From NCBI GenBank assembly GCA_937871435.1, contig CALMQM010000072.1:3145-67144 (forward strand): a DNA stretch of 64,000 nucleotides, written 5' to 3'. A program made the translations under genes and the position numbers. Source of the stretch: an uncultured Bacteroidota bacterium (GTDB lineage Bacteria; Bacteroidota; Bacteroidia; AKYH767-A; 2013-40CM-41-45). Below, piece by piece: positions 9,788 through 19,424 of this stretch (position 1 is the stretch's first letter; the number at the start of each line of letters is the position of its first letter). The notes beneath the pieces are model-generated. The model had not been told where the DNA came from, made no database searches, and saw only the letters and a list, made by a program, of their open reading frames with translations.

Positions 9788-12700
9788 TCACATATTTCTT
9801 CTGTATTGCCCACCTACTTCGAACAGGGAAGAAGTAATTTCTCCAAGCGAACAATATTTTGTTGCTTCCATCAACTGTTCAAAGATGTTTTTATTCTGAA
9901 CAGCAGCATCCTGCACTTTTGCAAGCATTTCTTTTGATTTTGTTGCATGTCCCTTGTGCAGTTCTTCCAGCATGTGAATCTGGTATTCCTTTTCCTCTGT
10001 GGTTGCACGGATAACTTCACGTGGCAAAACCGTCGGTGATCCCTTCGCACTAAGGAAAGTATTCACTCCGATGATCGGGAATCGTCCGTCATGTTTCAGT
10101 GTTTCGTAATACAACGATTCTTCCTGAATTTTTCCACGCTGATACATCGTCTCCATTGCACCCAGCACGCCACCTCTTTCTGTGAGCCGATCAAACTCCG
10201 CGTATACCGCTTCTTCTACAAGATCAGTCAGTTCTTCATTGATAAATGATCCCTGCATAGGGTTTTCATTTTTCGCCAATCCGAATTCCTTGTTGATGAT
10301 CAGCTGAATGGCCATCGCACGGCGTACACTTTCTTCCGTCGGTGTTGTGATGGCTTCATCGTAAGCATTTGTATGCAGTGAATTACAATTATCATAAATC
10401 GCGTACAATGCCTGCAATGTGGTACGAATATCATTGAAGTCGATCTCCTGCGCATGCAAAGATCTTCCGGATGTCTGGATATGGTATTTCAACATCTGCG
10501 ATCTTTCATTACCTCCATATTTCAGCTTCATGGCTTTAGCCCAGATTCTTCTCGCCACTCTTCCGATCACCGCGTATTCAGGATCAATTCCATTGCTGAA
10601 GAAGAAAGAAAGGTTCGGCGCAAAATCATCAATGTGCATTCCTCTGCTGAGGTAATATTCCACATAAGTAAATCCATTTGCCAGCGTAAATGCCAATTGT
10701 GAAATCGGATTTGCTCCTGCTTCCGCAATGTGGTATCCGCTGATTGATACACTGTAAAAATTCCTGACTTTGTGATCAATGAAATATTTTTGAATATCAC
10801 CCATCATCCGCAAAGCGAATTCAGTGCTGAAGATACAAGTGTTCTGTGCCTGATCTTCCTTCAAAATATCCGCCTGAACTGTACCACGTACTGTCTTTAA
10901 TGTATCGGACTTTATTTTCGCATATACTTCTTTCGGCAACACCTGATCTCCTGTAACACCAAGGAGCATCAAACCCAATCCGTTGTTTCCATCAGGCAAC
11001 GGACCCTGGTAAGCAGGCCGCAACACTCCTTTCTCTTTGTAGATCTGTTCAATCTTTTTATTCACTTCTTCCACCAGACCATGCGATTGAATGTACAATT
11101 CACATTGCTGATCAATGGCAGCATTCATAAAAAATCCAAGCAACATCGGGGCAGGACCATTGATCGTCATGGATACGGAAGTAGTCGGGTCACTCAGATT
11201 AAATCCGGAGTATAATTTTTTAGCATCATCAAGACAACAAATGCTCACACCGGAGTTTCCGATTTTTCCATAGATATCCGGTCTCCAGTCAGGATCATTC
11301 CCATAAAGAGTAACCGAATCGAATGCTGTAGACAAACGTGCCGCCGGCATTCCTTTGCTCACATAATGGAAGCGGCGATTGGTGCGTTCCGGTCCGCCTT
11401 CACCTGCAAACATCCGCGTAGGATCTTCACCTTCTCTTTTGAACGGATAAATACCTGCTGCGTAAGGAAATTCTCCTGGTACATTCTCCATCAGGGTCCA
11501 TTGCAGAATTGCTCCCCAGTTTTTATAAGGTGGTGTAACAACTTTTGGAATCTGAGTGTGAGACAATGATTCCGTGTGAGTTTTTATTTTGAGAGATTTT
11601 TCTCTCACTTTAAACGTATAGACTTCGTCTTTGTATAATTTTCTTTTTGCTTCCCAGCCTTCAATTATTTTCCAGTTCTTCGGATCCAGTTCAAGTTTTA
11701 CCTGTTCAAATGATTCCTGTAACAATTTAATCAGACGATCTCTGTCATCCACTTTACTTTCCCTGAGTGTCTCCATAGACAGATGCAGCGCATATAATTT
11801 CTCCGCAATTTTTCCCTGTTGCTCCGCCCATGCGGCATAACTCCTGTTGTTCTCTGTAATTTCACTAAGGTAACGCGTGCGATGAGGAGGAATCACATAA
11901 ATCTTTTCCGACATTTCACGCGTAACATGGTAACCGGATTTAAGTTGTGCTCCGGTTTTTTCCACGACGCGATCCATCACCGCTTTGTAAAGATTATTCA
12001 TCCCGGGATCATTGAACTGCGACGCGATCGTACCGTATACCGGCATGCTGTCATCTTCTCTGTCCCATATCTGATGATTTCTCTTGTATTGTTTCTTGAC
12101 ATCTCTCAACGCGTCCAAAGCTCCTCTCTTGTCAAATTTGTTTAAGGCAATGAGATCGGCAAAGTCAAGCATGTCTATTTTCTCCAACTGTGATGCGGCA
12201 CCGTATTCCGGAGTCATCACATAGAGTGAAACATCACTGTGTTCAATAATTTCAGTATCACTTTGTCCGATTCCGGAAGTTTCCAGAATGATGAGATCGT
12301 ATTTAGCTGCCTTCAATACGGCGACAGCTTCCGAGACATGTTTGGACAATGCAAGATTACTTTGTCGTGTTGCAAGAGATCTCATGTACACACGCGGATT
12401 ACGAATCGCGTTCATGCGAATACGGTCGCCGAGTAATGCTCCGCCGGTTTTTCTTTTCGAAGGATCAACGGAAACAACACCAATGTATTTCTCCGGAAAA
12501 TCAATGAGGAATCTGCGTACGAGTTCGTCTACAAGAGAAGATTTACCCGCACCTCCTGTACCGGTGATTCCCAACACAGGCGTGGTACTTTGGGCTGCCA
12601 GTTCATGCACTCGTTTCATTTCAGCTTTGGCAACATCAGGATGATTTTCAGCCGCTGATATAAGTCTTGCAATAGCTGTCCAGTTTTTTTCAAGCAGATG

Positions 12701-13168
12701 ACCAACTTCGCCATTCAACTTTTCTCCCGTAGGTATATCACTCTTTTGTAAAAGGTCATTGATCATACCCTGCAATCCCATTGATCTTCCATCGTCAGGA
12801 TGATAAATGCGGGTGATACCGTATTTCTGTAACTCTTCAATTTCAGAAGGCAGAATAGTTCCGCCACCACCGCCAAATATTTTGATGTGTCCTGCTCCTT
12901 TTTCCTTCAGTAAATCGTACATGTATTTGAAATACTCGACATGTCCGCCCTGGTAACTCGTCATCGCGATAGCCTGAGCATCTTCCTGAATCGCACAGTT
13001 CACTACTTCTTCCACACTTCTGTCGTGTCCGAGGTGAATCACTTCTGCTCCGCTGCTTTGAATAATTCTCCGCATGATATTGATAGCCGCGTCGTGTCCA
13101 TCAAACAGTGAGGCAGCGGTAACAATTCGTACTTTATTTTTTGGTTTATACACTTCGGATTTACTCAT
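9788..13168 (-). CDS. icmF: fused isobutyryl-CoA mutase (B12-binding domain, MeaB-like G-protein and mutase barrel)
   Basis: The N-terminal B12 domain shows [13 protein letters not shown]. The P-loop GTPase shows [13 protein letters not shown]. The C-terminal acyl-CoA mutase domain shows [18 protein letters not shown]. The 1126-aa length and domain order are diagnostic of IcmF. Confidence 0.9.
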   Translation of the reverse strand: MSKSEVYKPKNKVRIVTAASLFDGHDAAINIMRRIIQSSGAEVIHLGHDRSVEEVVNCAIQEDAQAIAMTSYQGGHVEYFKYMYDLLKEKGAGHIKIFGGGGGTILPSEIEELQKYGITRIYHPDDGRSMGLQGMINDLLQKSDIPTGEKLNGEVGHLLEKNWTAIARLISAAENHPDVAKAEMKRVHELAAQSTTPVLGITGTGGAGKSSLVDELVRRFLIDFPEKYIGVVSVDPSKRKTGGALLGDRIRMNAIRNPRVYMRSLATRQSNLALSKHVSEAVAVLKAAKYDLIILETSGIGQSDTEIIEHSDVSLYVMTPEYGAASQLEKIDMLDFADLIALNKFDKRGALDALRDVKKQYKRNHQIWDREDDSMPVYGTIASQFNDPGMNNLYKAVMDRVVEKTGAQLKSGYHVTREMSEKIYVIPPHRTRYLSEITENNRSYAAWAEQQGKIAEKLYALHLSMETLRESKVDDRDRLIKLLQESFEQVKLELDPKNWKIIEGWEAKRKLYKDEVYTFKVREKSLKIKTHTESLSHTQIPKVVTPPYKNWGAILQWTLMENVPGEFPYAAGIYPFKREGEDPTRMFAGEGGPERTNRRFHYVSKGMPAARLSTAFDSVTLYGNDPDWRPDIYGKIGNSGVSICCLDDAKKLYSGFNLSDPTTSVSMTINGPAPMLLGFFMNAAIDQQCELYIQSHGLVEEVNKKIEQIYKEKGVLRPAYQGPLPDGNNGLGLMLLGVTGDQVLPKEVYAKIKSDTLKTVRGTVQADILKEDQAQNTCIFSTEFALRMMGDIQKYFIDHKVRNFYSVSISGYHIAEAGANPISQLAFTLANGFTYVEYYLSRGMHIDDFAPNLSFFFSNGIDPEYAVIGRVARRIWAKAMKLKYGGNERSQMLKYHIQTSGRSLHAQEIDFNDIRTTLQALYAIYDNCNSLHTNAYDEAITTPTEESVRRAMAIQLIINKEFGLAKNENPMQGSFINEELTDLVEEAVYAEFDRLTERGGVLGAMETMYQRGKIQEESLYYETLKHDGRFPIIGVNTFLSAKGSPTVLPREVIRATTEEKEYQIHMLEELHKGHATKSKEMLAKVQDAAVQNKNIFEQLMEATKYCSLGEITSSLFEVGGQYRRNM

Positions 13169-13189
13169 GGCAGAGATTTAGGATACTTG

Positions 13190-13197
13190 CAAAGATA
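13190..13197 (-). promoter_or_regulatory. candidate Bacteroidota -7 promoter box for icmF
   Basis: The minus strand reads TATCTTTG (TAnnTTTG), 22 nt upstream of the ATG at 13168. Confidence 0.35.
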
Positions 13198-13374
13198 AGA
13201 GATTCAGCTGTTTTCTGAACTATGTCAGCCTTCACAAACAATTTGATTTTCAGGTGAATACTTTACATCAAAACAAAGGTCTTTTTATATAATTGGAAGT
13301 TCAGAATTCAGCAATTCATCTTTGTACTAACATTGATCATCAGTCATAGTCAGTGATTTTTATACATTTGAAAC

Positions 13375-14499
13375 ATGTCACTTGTCGAAATAAGACCGGT
13401 AAAAAGCAAATCGGATTTACGCGAATTTATTTTCCTGCCATCGAAAATTTATCACACGAGGAAGAATTGGGTTCCGCCATTGTATGTGGATGAATGGAAA
13501 TTTTATGATCCAAAAGAAAATACATCACTGGCTCATTGTGAAACTATTCAATTCCTGGCTTATCAGGAGAATGTTTGTGTCGGAAGAATTATGGGTATCA
13601 TTCCGCATCCTTACAATCGGCTGAAGAATGAACGAACTGCCCGGTTTTTTCAACTTGAATGTATTCAGGATCCACAGGTTTCACATGCATTGATTGAGGC
13701 TGTTGAATGCTGGTCGAAACAAAAAGCAGCCAACATACTGATTGGCCCTTTCGGATTTTCTGACAAAGATCCACAGGGATTGCAGGTGGAAGGGTTTGAA
13801 TATTTACCTGTAATTGCGACGCCAACCAATCCTCCATACATGGAAGAGCTGGTCATAAAAGAAGGATTTAGCAAATTACTTGACTGCATAAGTTACAAAC
13901 TCCCTATTCCGGAACCCATCCCAGCTTTTTACACTCAAATTTATGAACGTGCGTTACGAAACAACAATGTTCGCATGATCGAATTTAAAAAACGTTCAGA
14001 ACTGAAGCCATATATCGTTCCCGTGTTTCGGTTAATCAACGAAACATACAAAGATCTTTTTGGATTCGTTCCACTCGAGGAAGCGGAAATGTTTGAGATG
14101 GCGAAAAAATATTTACCAATTCTGAATCCTGCATTTGTAAAAGTAATTCTGAACGATAAAAATGAACCGATAGCTTTTGTAATAGCCATGCCGGATATGA
14201 GTAAAGGAATACAAAAAGCAAAAGGAAAATTGTTTCCATTCGGATTTATTCATATTCTTTCTTCCGCTAAAAAAACAGAGCAACTGGACTTATTACTGGG
14301 AGCTGTAAAGGAAGAATACCAGGGTCGTGGGCTGACTTCCATTCTTGGTATCAAACTGATGGAAACGGCAAAAAAATACGGACTTACCTATATGGACAGT
14401 CATTTAGTTCTTGAATCCAATCTTAAAATGCGTGCGGAAGTAGAACGTCTCGGTGCTAAAATTTACAAGCGGTACAGGGTATTTATGAAAACAATTTGA
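13375..14499 (+). CDS. GNAT-superfamily N-acyltransferase-like protein, function unknown
   Basis: This 374-aa ORF carries an acetyl-CoA-pocket-like motif, EEYQGRGLTSIL (Q/R-x-x-G-x-G/A), in its C-terminal half. No other assignable motifs were seen. Confidence 0.6.
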   Translation: MSLVEIRPVKSKSDLREFIFLPSKIYHTRKNWVPPLYVDEWKFYDPKENTSLAHCETIQFLAYQENVCVGRIMGIIPHPYNRLKNERTARFFQLECIQDPQVSHALIEAVECWSKQKAANILIGPFGFSDKDPQGLQVEGFEYLPVIATPTNPPYMEELVIKEGFSKLLDCISYKLPIPEPIPAFYTQIYERALRNNNVRMIEFKKRSELKPYIVPVFRLINETYKDLFGFVPLEEAEMFEMAKKYLPILNPAFVKVILNDKNEPIAFVIAMPDMSKGIQKAKGKLFPFGFIHILSSAKKTEQLDLLLGAVKEEYQGRGLTSILGIKLMETAKKYGLTYMDSHLVLESNLKMRAEVERLGAKIYKRYRVFMKTI

Positions 14500-14773
14500 A
14501 GTGTTGATTGAACAATTTGAATTACGAAATTCATACTTTTTCCCGGCTTCATTTGATCCTTTCGAACAAATTTAAGTAGACGAATTCGTATTCATAGCAA
14601 CTTATAACTATTGATTTTTTTGAAATTAAACTAAATGAAACTCAAGATGAGTCAAACAACTTAATTTTAAAGTCTCCCGCTTAAATTTTCTACTTTATAT
14701 TTGGTAGATTCAACTTTATTAAAAAACTGATTGTAGAATAATATTATTAAAAGAAAATTTGAAATAGCATTTC

Positions 14774-15274
14774 TCACAACACCATTCTCCTTGCATACGC
14801 TACAAAGGTGTTGCTCTCAAAAGGAAGTTGGGCTTTTACACGCATCTGAAGTTCCTGCACTAATTCCGGATACTTTTCTGCTATTTTTTGGATCACGCCG
14901 ATAGCATACACCTTTATTGCAATGGGTGAATTCACGGATGTCATCAACTGAAAACACAACTCTACTACTCTGCTTTCCAGCGATGCGGGAATTTTTACGA
15001 CACTGAAAATCTGCAAACCATTCCGAACAATCGCGTCGTGGACGGGCTGATGCATTGCAACAAGGATTTTTTGCAGGTATCCGGAAAACAATTGCGGCTG
15101 ACTTTTCGCGCAATAGCCAACAGCCATCGCTGCACGCTGTGCCAGGACCGCTTCCCGCGACAAAAAACAACTCATCAATTCACGGAATCGCGCTTTGTCG
15201 GTTCCGACATATTTCACAACCTTTTCAGCTTGCTTCTTCGAATGCTTATTTAAAAATTCCTCGCGAATATTCAT
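14774..15274 (-). CDS. hypothetical all-helical protein, HEAT/AlkD-like repeat character
   Basis: This is a clean 166-aa ORF with repeated amphipathic helices. Function is not assignable from motifs. Confidence 0.55.
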   Translation of the reverse strand: MNIREEFLNKHSKKQAEKVVKYVGTDKARFRELMSCFLSREAVLAQRAAMAVGYCAKSQPQLFSGYLQKILVAMHQPVHDAIVRNGLQIFSVVKIPASLESRVVELCFQLMTSVNSPIAIKVYAIGVIQKIAEKYPELVQELQMRVKAQLPFESNTFVAYARRMVL

Positions 15275-15290
15275 TTCTATCTATTCCTCT

Positions 15291-15350
15291 CTTTGCGCCC
15301 TCCGCGTCTTTGCGTGAAATTTTTCTCGCAAAGACGCAGAGGGCGCAGAG
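15291..15350. repeat. palindromic heptad-repeat element, copy 1 (CTTTGCG-type arms); likely also a terminator
   Basis: The left arm is ctttgcg-ccctccgcg-tctttgcg (15291-15314) and the loop is tgaaatttttct. The right arm is cgcaaag-a-cgcagag-gg-cgcagag (15327-15350). This gives about 24 bp of pairing with one mismatch and one G-T pair. It lies directly after the stop of the gene at 15353-16390 and 17 nt before the ATG at 15274. Confidence 0.8.
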
Positions 15351-15352
15351 GA

Positions 15353-16390
15353 TCAGGAGTATTTAGATTTTAGGTACGTCAAATATTTCCTGATATCTCC
15401 ATCAAATTTTCTTTCCATCTGCAATTTCATCCTGCCTTTCATCGCATCGTAACGCTGAAAATTCAGGAAGTAAGCATTGTTTGGTTTCTTATCCCGGTAA
15501 ATTCCGGCATATCTGTCTTTGCGGTGAAACGAAACAGTATCCAGGGCCTGTACAATGGAATCAATCAACGCTGATTTCAACAACTTCTTCTGTGCTTCCG
15601 GTGTATGCTCTATCGATGTGTACAATGAATCCAGCATGGTTTTTCCTTGTAACATGTGTCGTGTAAACAGATCATAATCATCTTTCGAATAAACATATTC
15701 CTTCAGTTCTTTTGATGAATCTCCATACACACTCGAAAGAAAACGAATAGCCCCCTGCTCCCCTACAAAGCTTGCCAGATTCTCATTGAAGTCCACATTA
15801 CTTTTGGCATACAAAGTTGCATGCGTCATCTCGTGAATAATCAGTTCCGCAAGATGACCTTCCTTTCTCTTCAGCATATTCGACAAAATCGGATCACGAA
15901 ACCAGCCCAATGTGCTCCATGCACTCACATCTCCCAGATCAGTATCGTATCCTTTTTGCTTAAGCATATACTCCAGTGTCTCCGCCTTGCTCTTGTTGAA
16001 ATATCCTTTGTAAGAAACATTCCCAAGCACCGGAAACTTCCATGTATATGCCCGGATCGCATAAGGTTCACTTGCTGTCACCACCCACAGCAAGGGCTGT
16101 CCATGCTGATCATAAAGTGTAGTATAATTTTTCGAAGGCTTTAATCCCAATGAATCAATCGCGAATTTCTTCACACGATCAATGAACCGAATTTTATCTT
16201 TGATCGAATCTGATACTGTTGGATCATTCAGCAACTCATCCGTCGGCCGCGCATTTTGCACGATATGCATCTGACCCTTGAATTGTTCCCAGCCATAGGA
16301 AACCAATTCACGGTTAAACAATCCAAAAATAAAAACGCCTAAAAGCAAAACACAAAAAATCCATAAGAATACCTTCAGAAATTTTCTCAT
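15353..16390 (-). CDS. predicted zinc aminopeptidase (DUF2265-like)
   Basis: An N-terminal membrane anchor or signal is present, with a single HExxH motif (LIIHEMTHATLY). The size and layout resemble the 'predicted aminopeptidase' family. Confidence 0.6.
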   Translation of the reverse strand: MRKFLKVFLWIFCVLLLGVFIFGLFNRELVSYGWEQFKGQMHIVQNARPTDELLNDPTVSDSIKDKIRFIDRVKKFAIDSLGLKPSKNYTTLYDQHGQPLLWVVTASEPYAIRAYTWKFPVLGNVSYKGYFNKSKAETLEYMLKQKGYDTDLGDVSAWSTLGWFRDPILSNMLKRKEGHLAELIIHEMTHATLYAKSNVDFNENLASFVGEQGAIRFLSSVYGDSSKELKEYVYSKDDYDLFTRHMLQGKTMLDSLYTSIEHTPEAQKKLLKSALIDSIVQALDTVSFHRKDRYAGIYRDKKPNNAYFLNFQRYDAMKGRMKLQMERKFDGDIRKYLTYLKSKYS

Positions 16391-16419
16391 GAACGCTTTG
16401 AATTTTCTGTCATGATATT

Positions 16420-16427
16420 CAAACGTA
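16420..16427 (-). promoter_or_regulatory. candidate -7 promoter box for the aminopeptidase gene
   Basis: The minus strand reads TACGTTTG, 30 nt upstream of the ATG at 16390. Confidence 0.35.
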
Positions 16428-16472
16428 AAAAACCGAAACGATGTAATTCATCCGGACTTGTTTCAATCAGTC

Positions 16473-19196
16473 TTAGTTCAGATTCGCCAATTGCTCTTCA
16501 ATCGCTTTGATCTTTGCTTCAGCATCTGCCTGCTTTTTCTTTTCATTTTCCACTACCTCCGGTTTTGCATTGGATACAAAACGCTCGTTCGCAAGTTTCG
16601 CCTGAACAGATTTCAAAAACCCTTTGTTGTATTCCAACTCACTCAGCAAACGTTCTTTCTCCGCTTTTGTATCAATCGCGGAAGTCAGCGGAACAAATAA
16701 CTCATACTGTTGTACAATGAATGGAATGGAATTGTCAATCTTCTTGTCGGTACTGCTGAAAGTATCAAGATTCCCCAATTTACACACCAGTTCGTTGAAT
16801 CTTGGATCCATACTCTGACGCGAATTGAAATAGAGCGACAATTTTTCTTTCGGTGAAATATTTTTTTGCTTACGCAAATTGCGCAATTGACTGATCACTT
16901 CACTTGCAATTTCAAATCCTTTGAGCAAGCCTGAATCCATCTTCCCAACCTGAGGCCATTGCGCTACAATGATGCAATCCTTATTCTTTCGCTCTGCAAG
17001 CAGCGACCACAATTCTTCAGAAATGAATGGCATCCACGGATGAACAACTTTGAGTAATTGTTCAAAGAATGCAATCGTTGATTCGTATGTCTTCTGATCA
17101 ACAGGCATTGCTTGTCCGTCCACAAATTCCGGCTTCACCATTTCAAGATACCATGAACAGAAATCATCCCAGATCAGTTTGTATGTCGCCATCAACGCGT
17201 CACTCATCCGGTATTTAGAGTAATGATCATTGATGATTTCCAGTTGCTCCTGGAAACGCGACGCAAACCAGTCAATAGAAACTGCCGAACTCGCATTTTG
17301 TTTGAGAGAAGTATCTACAGACCATCCTTTCACCAATCGGAAGGCATTCCAGATTTTGTTGGCAAAATTTCTTCCCTGCTCACACAATGATTCATCGAAA
17401 AGCAAATCATTTCCTGCAGGAGAACTCAGCAACATTCCCACACGCACTCCATCCGCGCTGTACTTTTTAATCAGATCCAAAGGATCCGGTGAGTTCCCAA
17501 GTGACTTAGACATTTTACGTCCAAGTTTATCACGTACAATTCCGGTGAGATAAACATTTGTAAAAGGTTTTTCTCCCATGTATTCATACCCGGCAATGAT
17601 CATTCTTGCTACCCAGAAAAACAGAATTTCAGGAGCAGTGATCAGATCATTTGTCGGATAATAATACCTGATGTCTTTGTTACCCGGATCTTTGAAACCG
17701 TCAAATACACTGATTGGCCACAACCAGGAACTGAACCATGTATCCAGTACATCTTCATCCTGTTTGAGTTCAGCAGCTTTCACAACTATTCCCTGTTGTT
17801 TGAATAACTCCACTGCCTCATCCGCTTTTTTGGCAACGACAAATTTTCCATCGGGTGAATACCATGCAGGAATTTGTTGTCCCCACCATAACTGCCGGGA
17901 AATACACCAGTCGTGTACATTCTCCATCCAGTGCTTGTAGGTGTTGATGAATTTATCCGGGATCAGTTTGATTTCTCCATTCAACACATTGTCCAACGCA
18001 GGTTTGGCAACTTTATCCATCTGCAAAAACCATTGCATAGACAACTTCGGTTCAATAACCGCATCGGTGCGCTCACTGAATCCAACTTTATTTTTATAAT
18101 CTTCAATCTTCACCACACTCCCCATCGACTCGAGGTCTTTGGTGATTTTCTTTCGAACTACAAATCTGTCTTCACCAATATAAAATTGTGCAGCCTTACT
18201 CATCGTACCATCATCGTTGATGGTATCAATCACAGGCAAACCATGTTTCTGCCCGAGCGTGTAGTCATTGATATCATGTGCAGGCGTCACTTTCAAAGCA
18301 CCGGTTCCGAATTCCATATCGATGTACTCATCAAATATTACAGGAACAGGTCGGTTCACCATGGGAATCACGGCGAACATTTCTTTTAAAGAAGTATAGC
18401 GAGGATCATTCGGATGCACACATACTCCGGTATCTCCCAAAATAGTTTCAGGACGAACGGTGGCTACAGTAATAAATTGCTTTCCGCTATGTTTCTTTCC
18501 ATTTACAGTTACATTCCATGTATCATCAACAATGCTCCATTCCGAGTTTGCATTTTTCAATTCAGCAGCAAGTGAAGCATCCACCAGAGCATAACGTACA
18601 TGGGTAAGTCTTGAATTTACTTCTTTGTGAATTACCTCTTCATCACTCAACGCGGTCTTTCCTACAGGATCCCAGTTTACCATCCGAACACCGCGGTAAA
18701 TAAATCCTTTTCTATACAAATCAATGAATACGGAAATAACGGCATCACTCAGATCATCTTCCATAGTGAAACGCGTACGCTCCCAGTCACAAGATGCTCC
18801 CAGTTTCTTCAGTTGTTCAAGAATGATTCCGCCATATTTTTCTTTCCATTCAAAAGCATGCTTAAGAAACTGATCACGACTCAGATCACTTTTTTTGATT
18901 CCTTTCTCCTTCAATAAAGCAACCACCTTTGCTTCCGTAGCTATGGAAGCATGATCTGTACCGGGTACCCAGCAGGCATTTTTTCCCAGCATCCTGGCAC
19001 GACGAATCAGAACATCCTGAATGGTGTTATTCAACATATGTCCCATATGCAAGACACCTGTCACGTTCGGTGGCGGGATGACTATTGTGTAGGGCTCTCT
19101 TTCATCCGGAACGCTGCGAAAAAAGCCTTCCTTCATCCAGAGCTTATACCATTTATCTTCTATTTGGGAGGGATCGTATGTTTTAGGGATTTCCAT
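16473..19196 (-). CDS. valS: valine--tRNA ligase
   Basis: The HIGH region is PPPNVTGVLHMGH and the KMSKS motif is KMSKSLGN. The CP1 editing insert and the C-terminal coiled coil (EKERLLSELEYNKGFL...) are typical of ValRS. Length is 907 aa. Confidence 0.95.
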   Translation of the reverse strand: MEIPKTYDPSQIEDKWYKLWMKEGFFRSVPDEREPYTIVIPPPNVTGVLHMGHMLNNTIQDVLIRRARMLGKNACWVPGTDHASIATEAKVVALLKEKGIKKSDLSRDQFLKHAFEWKEKYGGIILEQLKKLGASCDWERTRFTMEDDLSDAVISVFIDLYRKGFIYRGVRMVNWDPVGKTALSDEEVIHKEVNSRLTHVRYALVDASLAAELKNANSEWSIVDDTWNVTVNGKKHSGKQFITVATVRPETILGDTGVCVHPNDPRYTSLKEMFAVIPMVNRPVPVIFDEYIDMEFGTGALKVTPAHDINDYTLGQKHGLPVIDTINDDGTMSKAAQFYIGEDRFVVRKKITKDLESMGSVVKIEDYKNKVGFSERTDAVIEPKLSMQWFLQMDKVAKPALDNVLNGEIKLIPDKFINTYKHWMENVHDWCISRQLWWGQQIPAWYSPDGKFVVAKKADEAVELFKQQGIVVKAAELKQDEDVLDTWFSSWLWPISVFDGFKDPGNKDIRYYYPTNDLITAPEILFFWVARMIIAGYEYMGEKPFTNVYLTGIVRDKLGRKMSKSLGNSPDPLDLIKKYSADGVRVGMLLSSPAGNDLLFDESLCEQGRNFANKIWNAFRLVKGWSVDTSLKQNASSAVSIDWFASRFQEQLEIINDHYSKYRMSDALMATYKLIWDDFCSWYLEMVKPEFVDGQAMPVDQKTYESTIAFFEQLLKVVHPWMPFISEELWSLLAERKNKDCIIVAQWPQVGKMDSGLLKGFEIASEVISQLRNLRKQKNISPKEKLSLYFNSRQSMDPRFNELVCKLGNLDTFSSTDKKIDNSIPFIVQQYELFVPLTSAIDTKAEKERLLSELEYNKGFLKSVQAKLANERFVSNAKPEVVENEKKKQADAEAKIKAIEEQLANLN

Positions 19197-19219
19197 CTTA
19201 AAAACGAAATGTTAAGAGG

Positions 19220-19227
19220 CAAACCTA
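19220..19227 (-). promoter_or_regulatory. candidate -7 promoter box for valS
   Basis: The minus strand reads TAGGTTTG, 24 nt upstream of the ATG at 19196. Confidence 0.4.
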
Positions 19228-19357
19228 CGAAAAATCAGCGAATTCTGGGGAAAATGGACCGGGCGAATATTGAATTTCCCACCAACAAATGTGAACTGAA
19301 AATGTATTCCAAAAATTCAAAATAAAATCAATCCGGTATATAATCTGAGTAGAAAAA

Positions 19358-19406
19358 AATAAGGTGAATAAGTGATCCTTTATGGAATCAACAGACTCAC
19401 CTTATT
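19358..19406 (-). terminator. possible terminator hairpin downstream of the gene ending at 19425
   Basis: A 10-bp stem aataaggtga / tcaccttatt is followed by a T-run on the minus strand. The 29-nt loop is unusually large. Confidence 0.3.
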
Positions 19407-19424
19407 AATTATCGAAAGATCCTG

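Noticed and set aside
15055-15366. A 103-aa ORF that runs through the heptad palindrome (ending ...LFAPSASLREIFLAKTQRAQRIRSI)
   Set aside because: It is antisense to the 14774-15274 gene. Its C-terminus is simply the translation of the CTTTGCG/CGCAAAG repeat, so it is an artefact of the repeat element and not a gene.
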